The notes below the pieces were generated by a model, which saw nothing but the letters and a program-made list of their open reading frames with translations, searched no databases and was not told where the DNA came from. Below, piece after piece: positions 58,457 through 64,000 of a stretch of DNA of 64,000 nt. This stretch comes from Nitrosopumilus sp. Lineage in GTDB: Archaea > Thermoproteota > Nitrososphaeria > Nitrososphaerales > Nitrosopumilaceae. The stretch spans positions 1,536,001-1,600,000 of the forward strand of contig OZ243974.1 in NCBI GenBank assembly GCA_965214775.1, given 5' to 3'. Position numbers and translations under genes: made by a program. Position 1 is the first letter of the stretch; every line of letters starts with the position of its first letter.

Positions 58457-59132
58457 CTTTCTTATCCCCATTATTGTTGGAATATAAAAAAACTTCACTG
58501 TCATTTAAATCGAATGAGATTTTCAGTCGATTTCGTGTATCTGTATATCTTGGTATCTGAATAATTTGTCCAGAATTCATAAATGCAGATACGTCAAACC
58601 CAAATCTTTCCAGATTGCCTACTGACAATACAGTTTCTGCGACATCGCTAATAGATGCAAGTAAACGCTTAGCTACAGCTTCGCATGGTAAGCGGTTGAA
58701 ATTAATATTTCTGACCAGGTGTTTTGTGATTAACTCTGCGTTAGGATCTCCAATAGTTAAAAATCCTGAATCATTCCCATATGAAGAAAATTTATCTCCT
58801 GAAATACGGATCGTTTTAAGTTCAAAGTTGCAGCCGTCTTTAATGACTAAAAATCCTTCAACGTGCCTTGGTTCTTGGAATTCTGCATATGTAGCTTTAA
58901 CAAAGTCTTGTACTGTTGGAATTATGTTAATGGAATCTACATTTTTGGTTGCTAGGGAGGCAAAAAGAGCTTTAGCACTTGTTCCATTTCCTGCCAGAGT
59001 TAGAAAAAATTCTTCGTTTCTTGGTAAATAGTATTTTTGGACTTCATTTCCTTGTACTGTATTGTCACTTTCTTTTCTGTCAGATATAATTACAAACCCA
59101 TCGTTTCCTCTTGCAAAAATAAGTAACGTCAA
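58449..59132 (-). CDS. Proteasome-beta/HslV-like N-terminal Thr (NTN) hydrolase
   Basis: After the initiator: Thr1, Asp17, Lys32, Gly47 (TLLIFARGNDGFVIISDRKES..QK..LTLAG), later FLTIG. Confidence 0.72.
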   Translation of the reverse strand: MTLLIFARGNDGFVIISDRKESDNTVQGNEVQKYYLPRNEEFFLTLAGNGTSAKALFASLATKNVDSINIIPTVQDFVKATYAEFQEPRHVEGFLVIKDGCNFELKTIRISGDKFSSYGNDSGFLTIGDPNAELITKHLVRNINFNRLPCEAVAKRLLASISDVAETVLSVGNLERFGFDVSAFMNSGQIIQIPRYTDTRNRLKISFDLNDSEVFLYSNNNGDKKDG

Positions 59133-59269
59133 TGAAGTCTGTTAATATATCGAAATAAATGTATGATCTTGGTGTTGTGTTGCGATTTTTGCAAGCTTTT
59201 TGAGCTCGTCCTTTGTCAGAGCGTAACAGGTAGCCCCTGTCTAGAATTGGAGTTGCGTCCCTTGCCGGT

Positions 59270-59318
59270 CAGGCATGAAAATCATAACTGCAGGCAGTTT
59301 GTGCCTGATTGCTGCCTA
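59270..59318. repeat. Dispersed repeat family E fragment
   Basis: Similar to 3322-3372. Confidence 0.55.
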
Positions 59319-60913
59319 GGCAGGGGCTAACCTATCACGTCAGAGCCGGTCGAAACAGGATGCAGTGCACACAGTTGAGAATCAAACATTTTTGTGCCAA
59401 AATAGATACAATATGTCAAAATTATATTCCAATTTTTGATGTGTGTGTTACGGCATCTTCCTGATTTATTCCATCTTCAGCCAGACAAGCCGGAGAATAT
59501 GTGGGCCTTGTCTTTGGGAATAGCACTAATCATCCCGTCCTCGCAGCACCCTCAAGACATCCCACTGGAGGCCATACCGTCTCTGGACGCTGTCCCCATT
59601 CCTAGGCCGTAATGACTAGTGTGGGTGAAAAAGTTCATTTCTCCAACATATCGTCAGGCTTGCTCATCAGATAAACACACGGTATTAACATCACGGGCCA
59701 CACACCATTACACCCAACAGATCCCCCCCACTTCAGATGTCCAGAGTCCAGCAGATATTTTGCACCTTTCCCTCATCTTGGAAATACAGGCATGCAGAAA
59801 AAATAACGAAATTCAAAATCTCAAAAGCCATTCTCGTTAGAATCCAAAGATATCACTAAAAAAACATGATGGAAACATTCAAGTCAGATTATTTTTTCAT
59901 GGTTCGATAGCAACGGTCACAAGTAATTGAGGTCTTTCACGGGCAATCTGACCGTGTTTTGACTCAAAGACTTCTGCGTGTTGCTATAAATCCTTCAAAA
60001 TCTGACTCTGGAAATGACTTTTCAGATATGAAGGCGGATAATCAAACCAAAAGGCCAATTGTAACAGCGAAATTCTGGCGCGTTTTAAGTTAAGAGGTTA
60101 GGAAAGAAACATCTAAAATGGTTGAGTGATTTTACGAATCAAAATCCAGAGCCGACATCATATAATATCGTCAGATTATCATCAGAAAAAATCATGATTG
60201 TGTAAATTTGAGAAGATAGTCTTATCAAATGGGCCGATGATAATCGATGAATGACTAAAAATTCTAGATTTTTGATTGCCAAAAGGTTCAAAAGATTCCG
60301 AGACGTACGGCATATCGTGACAGGATAGAAAGGGAAATAGCCAATACCCTCAGACCATGTTTACAGTCTATCACGCTTCATTGACTCCTGTCATGATTCC
60401 TGACATTCCTCTGGACATGATATCATAATTTTAAAATTAATCATCCGGGGTTAATTGTAATGATTTCAATCCAAGGGGATGATTTTGGCCAGTCGGTTTG
60501 GAGATGGCCGTCTGATTTAATGGAGTCAGGAAATTTTTCACTCAGGTAAGGTTGAGGGACTGGGGCGACTCTGACGTCCCAGAAGGTTGTCGGGGGTCAG
60601 GGATCCACGTCAGGGGGTCCGGGAGTTTTTGGTTTTCAGGCCCCTGAGGGGGCCTGGTGTGTGTGGTGGATGGGAGACCCGGAAGGGTATCCGGAGGAGA
60701 CTTGGCTGGTCGTTTTTGTGTCTGGTGAAGTAATGCGAGAGGTTCGAGGCCGAGTGCCGGAAACTGCGTGCGGGAAAAATAGTGAGAATGTATCTTTTGA
60801 GTGGGGTGAAAAGCTACATTTTGTAGAACCAAAAACAGCTAAAAGCTACATTTTGTTGATCTGGACCCCGTATTTTCGAACCACTTTTTGGGCATTTTTG
60901 CGTAGCTTTGACA

Positions 60914-61750
60914 TCATTTGCCTGCCTCCCTTTGGTGCCGTACGATGAACTCCATCGGAGTGAGATATCCAAGCGAGGAGTGTATTCTATCGTGATTATA
61001 GTCCCTAAATGCCTCCTTTATGACGTCTGAGGCGTCCTGGAAGGAGTCAAACTCAGGGGGCCACAGGTATTCCCTCTTGAGGCTTCCGTGAAACGACTCT
61101 ATGTGGCCGTTTTGCTCTGGCGTCCTGTATGCTATGAGTTCGTGCCTGATTCCCAGCTGTTTTAGGGACTCCCTGAACATGCGCGACGTATACTGAGAAC
61201 CGTTGTCTGTCCGCAGGGTCAGCATGCTGCAGTCCGGATCTGCTGCCGATACCGCATCGAGTACGGCCTGAACCGCATTCTCCTTTTGCGCCGTGGTATC
61301 AAAGGAGTATGCAAGCCATCTGCGCGAAAAGGCATCAAGTACGTTGAAACAGTAGCACCAGCCGTCCCCGCCGCAGTCCACGTATGTAATGTCTGCCTGC
61401 CACAGCCGGTTGGGGGCATCTGGCTTTGTAAGCTTGCGCGAGGCCCGTATTATGTCGTTTTTGGTCTTTTTGGGCTCGATCCAGCCTATCTGGCGGTAGA
61501 TTCGCTGTATCTTTTTGCGGTTTACGCGCACGCCAGTCTCGCGCAATATCTGGTTTGCCATCCTCCGGGTTCCATACGTCGGCCTTTTCTTGCCTATGGT
61601 ACGTATGATTGAGACCGTCCCAGAGTCGGCTTTTCTGGTCCGTCTGTCGACGTCCTTCCTGGCGTAATACCAGGTGCCCTTTGAGACGCCGCAGTATTTC
61701 AGGGCCGTGTTGAGGCCCATCTTCTGGTGGCAGATCTGTACGGCATTCAT
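60914..61750 (-). CDS. IS3 OrfB integrase core
   Basis: YGTRR, PNRLWQADITY, TDNGSQYTS, PEQNGHIESFH, YNHDRIHSSLGYLTP. Confidence 0.92.
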   Translation of the reverse strand: MNAVQICHQKMGLNTALKYCGVSKGTWYYARKDVDRRTRKADSGTVSIIRTIGKKRPTYGTRRMANQILRETGVRVNRKKIQRIYRQIGWIEPKKTKNDIIRASRKLTKPDAPNRLWQADITYVDCGGDGWCYCFNVLDAFSRRWLAYSFDTTAQKENAVQAVLDAVSAADPDCSMLTLRTDNGSQYTSRMFRESLKQLGIRHELIAYRTPEQNGHIESFHGSLKREYLWPPEFDSFQDASDVIKEAFRDYNHDRIHSSLGYLTPMEFIVRHQREAGK

Positions 61751-62034
61751 CCTTTGCTCAGCTCCATTGTTTTTTTTAAAGCGTCACAGGCCACTGCATA
61801 CTCGCCTATGATGCGTTTGAGATTCTGGTTCTCCTTTTGCAGGGCAGCCGCTACCTTGTCATTCCGGCCCAGGATGGATGCCTTGCCGCCCTCGACGAAC
61901 CTGTCCATCCACCTGCCAAACGTGGTGGGCGCGATGTTGTGCTTGCGGCACAGCTCGGCAGTGCTGATGCTGGTCTTGATGGACTCCATCACTATGTCTG
62001 TCTTTTCGGCCAATGTGAACTTTTGTTTTTTCAT
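61747..62034 (-). CDS. IS3 OrfA (HTH + leucine zipper)
   Basis: FTLAEK..AELCRKHNI..W..LQKENQNLKRIIGE. Confidence 0.9.
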   Translation of the reverse strand: MKKQKFTLAEKTDIVMESIKTSISTAELCRKHNIAPTTFGRWMDRFVEGGKASILGRNDKVAAALQKENQNLKRIIGEYAVACDALKKTMELSKG

Positions 62035-62132
62035 GCCCCGTATGCCCTCCTGTCATATACAAATTCTACGCATTTGGGTGGTTCGAATTTTATGGGGTCC
62101 TCACCATTGTAGAACCAAAAACAGCTAAAAGC

Positions 62133-62260
62133 TACATTTTGGAGGAGTGAAAAGTTACACTATGTACATTTTGGAGGAGTGAAAAGTTACACTATGTACA
62201 TTTTGGAGGAGTGAAAAGTTACACTATGTACATTTTGGAGGAGTGAAAAGTTACACTATG
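62133..62260. repeat. 32-bp perfect tandem repeat x4
   Basis: tacattttggaggagtgaaaagttacactatg. Confidence 0.95.
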
Positions 62261-62269
62261 TTGAATCAG

Positions 62270-62438
62270 AAATAGTGAAAGTATGGATTTGAAAAGTAGT
62301 GAAAATAGTGAAAGTATGGATTTGAAAAGTAGTGAAAATAGTGAAAGTATGGATTTGAAAAGTAGTGAAAATAGTGAAAGTATGGATTTGAAAAGTAGTG
62401 AAAATAGTGAAAGTATGGATTTGAAAAGTAGTGAAAAT
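62270..62438. repeat. 33-bp perfect tandem repeat x5
   Basis: aaatagtgaaagtatggatttgaaaagtagtga. Confidence 0.95.
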
Positions 62439-62602
62439 CCCATGGGATCACAGGGATGAAAGCCCTGTGAATTACAGGGATTTGAAAGCCATGAAAGTCT
62501 ATGCGGGTTCACAAACCATGGAAGCCGCCACCGCAATGATTCAAAACCATGAAAACACGGGGGGATGGTCTGAACTTGGCAGAATCTAGAGGAACTTGCT
62601 CA

Positions 62603-63922
62603 TCACTGGCTGCCTGAACCCTTGCCAGACCTGCGCATAAGGAATCGCCCGTCGCTTAGCTCCTTTACAATCTCCCAGCCGTTTGAGCTATAGTACACCA
62701 GCTCCTCGTCACTCCCTATGATCCGGCATTCGGACGGTTCGTCATTGCCTGGCACCGTAGCCGGCTCTTTTGGCTTGTCTGCGGCACTGGGCTGTGGGAC
62801 ATCCGGCTTTGAATTGATTATGTTGTCCGGATTGATTCCGTACATCTTTGCCTGTTTGCGCCATAGCTTGCAAAGCATGTCTTTTTTGTGCTTTTCATCC
62901 GTCTTGTCAGGGTCAGTGGAGAGAAACAGTCCGCTCTGCTCATATGCCCTGCACATGTCCTCTCTCATATGCTCTGTAAGACGGCCCTTGTTTACCGTGT
63001 ATCTTGCCTCAATGTCCCCCTTGTGGCCCATAAAGAACACCCGATAGGCATCTGCCATGCAGCCATGGCTTTCGGCAAGCAGTAACTGGGTGTCAAAGTA
63101 GGATCGCAGCGTGTATGGCCTTGAATCTACTATCGGCTTCATCGCTTTTTTTGCCGTACGGGATATGGATGCTGTGACCACGAATGTCTTGACATCCGGA
63201 TCCTCCCTGCGTCTTTTGCGTGAGTTTTGCCTCTCAAGCGTTATGACAGGAGAGTCCGGACAGAGTTTTTCCCCGGCAGATATCCTGTGTTCGAGATATT
63301 TCAGCAGGTGCTGGCACCCCTCCTCTATCAAAAACGTCACATACTTGTTCCTGGTCTTGCTCAGGGACTGTCGGACCACCACCATTGTGGGCATGTTTGT
63401 GAATCTGACTCTTTTTCCCTTCTTCTCTATGACAAGCTCGGGCAGATCCTTGAGGCATAGCCCGTCACTCCTGTCGGCAAGTCCCAGCACCTGTGGCCTT
63501 ACTCCCGAAAAGGCCATGAGGCTCAACACTGCCCTCTGGCGCACGTTGCCGTTTTCCAGCATCTGGTGCAGCTGCTCCTGCTCTGGCACCTTTTCCTTTT
63601 CAAGCGTGGGACAAATTCCCATGTTGGATATCTTTATCTTGCTTTTGATTTCTATCCGGTTGTGGACCAGCCATCCCTTGATTGACTTTATCATGCCGTC
63701 TATGTATCCGGAAGAAAAATTCTGTGATTCCATCCAGGATACGTGATCCATCAGCATGTCCTCTATCTTTTTGGGATCTTCCTTTCCCGTCCGGGCAAGG
63801 GTTGCAGGCGTTGTCTTCAGCCTGTAACAGAACAGATTAAGCCTCCTCAGGCGTACGGCGGCATTAAGCTGGCTGGATCTCTTCATGTTTTCATACCACC
63901 GACGTACGTCGTCATCTTCCAA
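62603..63922 (-). CDS. Tyrosine recombinase/integrase (N-terminus may extend further upstream)
   Basis: SGVRPQ, LSKTR, PYTLRSYF, FMGH, ARY; homologue of 17366..18568. Confidence 0.87.
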   Translation of the reverse strand: MEDDDVRRWYENMKRSSQLNAAVRLRRLNLFCYRLKTTPATLARTGKEDPKKIEDMLMDHVSWMESQNFSSGYIDGMIKSIKGWLVHNRIEIKSKIKISNMGICPTLEKEKVPEQEQLHQMLENGNVRQRAVLSLMAFSGVRPQVLGLADRSDGLCLKDLPELVIEKKGKRVRFTNMPTMVVVRQSLSKTRNKYVTFLIEEGCQHLLKYLEHRISAGEKLCPDSPVITLERQNSRKRRREDPDVKTFVVTASISRTAKKAMKPIVDSRPYTLRSYFDTQLLLAESHGCMADAYRVFFMGHKGDIEARYTVNKGRLTEHMREDMCRAYEQSGLFLSTDPDKTDEKHKKDMLCKLWRKQAKMYGINPDNIINSKPDVPQPSAADKPKEPATVPGNDEPSECRIIGSDEELVYYSSNGWEIVKELSDGRFLMRRSGKGSGSQ

Positions 63923-64000
63923 CAGACATCTTGAGGATTGTGTAGCTATTCTTCTTCCACCAGGTGCATTCTTTATCGTCTTTTTCTTATTTATTTTTTT

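Larger units (their letters stand above)
60857..62106 (-). mobile_element. IS3-family element
   Basis: TG..CA ends with imperfect TIR (ggacccc..ttcgaaccac); 4-bp TSD TTGT; orfA/orfB with an A8 slippery run at 61770-61777. Confidence 0.88.

Noticed and set aside
62133-62438. CRISPR array
   Set aside because: Units are contiguous with no unique spacers, and there are no cas genes in the window
62219-62536. ORFs 62219..62536 and 62266..62451
   Set aside because: Low-complexity translations of the 33-bp repeat

Overview
The window comes from an ammonia-oxidising archaeon (Nitrososphaerota/Thaumarchaeota, Nitrosopumilaceae-like): it carries amoA, amoX, TBP, rps3ae and an intron-containing tRNA-Leu. 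The secreted serpin and very heavy IS/MITE load suggest, by inference, a host-associated (e.g. sponge) lineage. There are three blocks. (1) 1-18.7 kb is an accessory island with IS481 and IS5-like elements, a MITE-bounded composite transposon carrying a serpin, an IS-split nuclease gene, a DUF499 ATPase/DUF1156 methylase/SNF2-DUF3883 restriction-like defence operon and a tyrosine recombinase. (2) 18.7-33.1 kb is core chromosome: rps3ae, a K-turn ncRNA candidate, a GGR-family reductase, MoxR-vWA, cysteine synthase-rhodanese, ASCH, TBP, two tRNAs, a Dam-type methylase and amoA/amoX without adjacent amoC/amoB. (3) 33.1-64 kb is a defence island with a complete dndBCDEA phosphorothioation operon but no recognisable dndFGH or pbeABCD, plus AIPR and a RusA-like gene. 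It also holds the best candidates for undescribed systems: a four-gene ParB / ParB-HTH-RHH / metallo-beta-lactamase / ApeA-like HEPN operon, a proteasome-beta-like Thr protease coupled to a HEAT-repeat PD-(D/E)XK nuclease, and a chimeric acidic-repeat / C2H2 / TFE-beta-like 4-Cys / OB-fold protein. It ends with an IS3, two tandem-repeat arrays and a second tyrosine recombinase. All assignments come from reading motifs by eye; no database searches were run.
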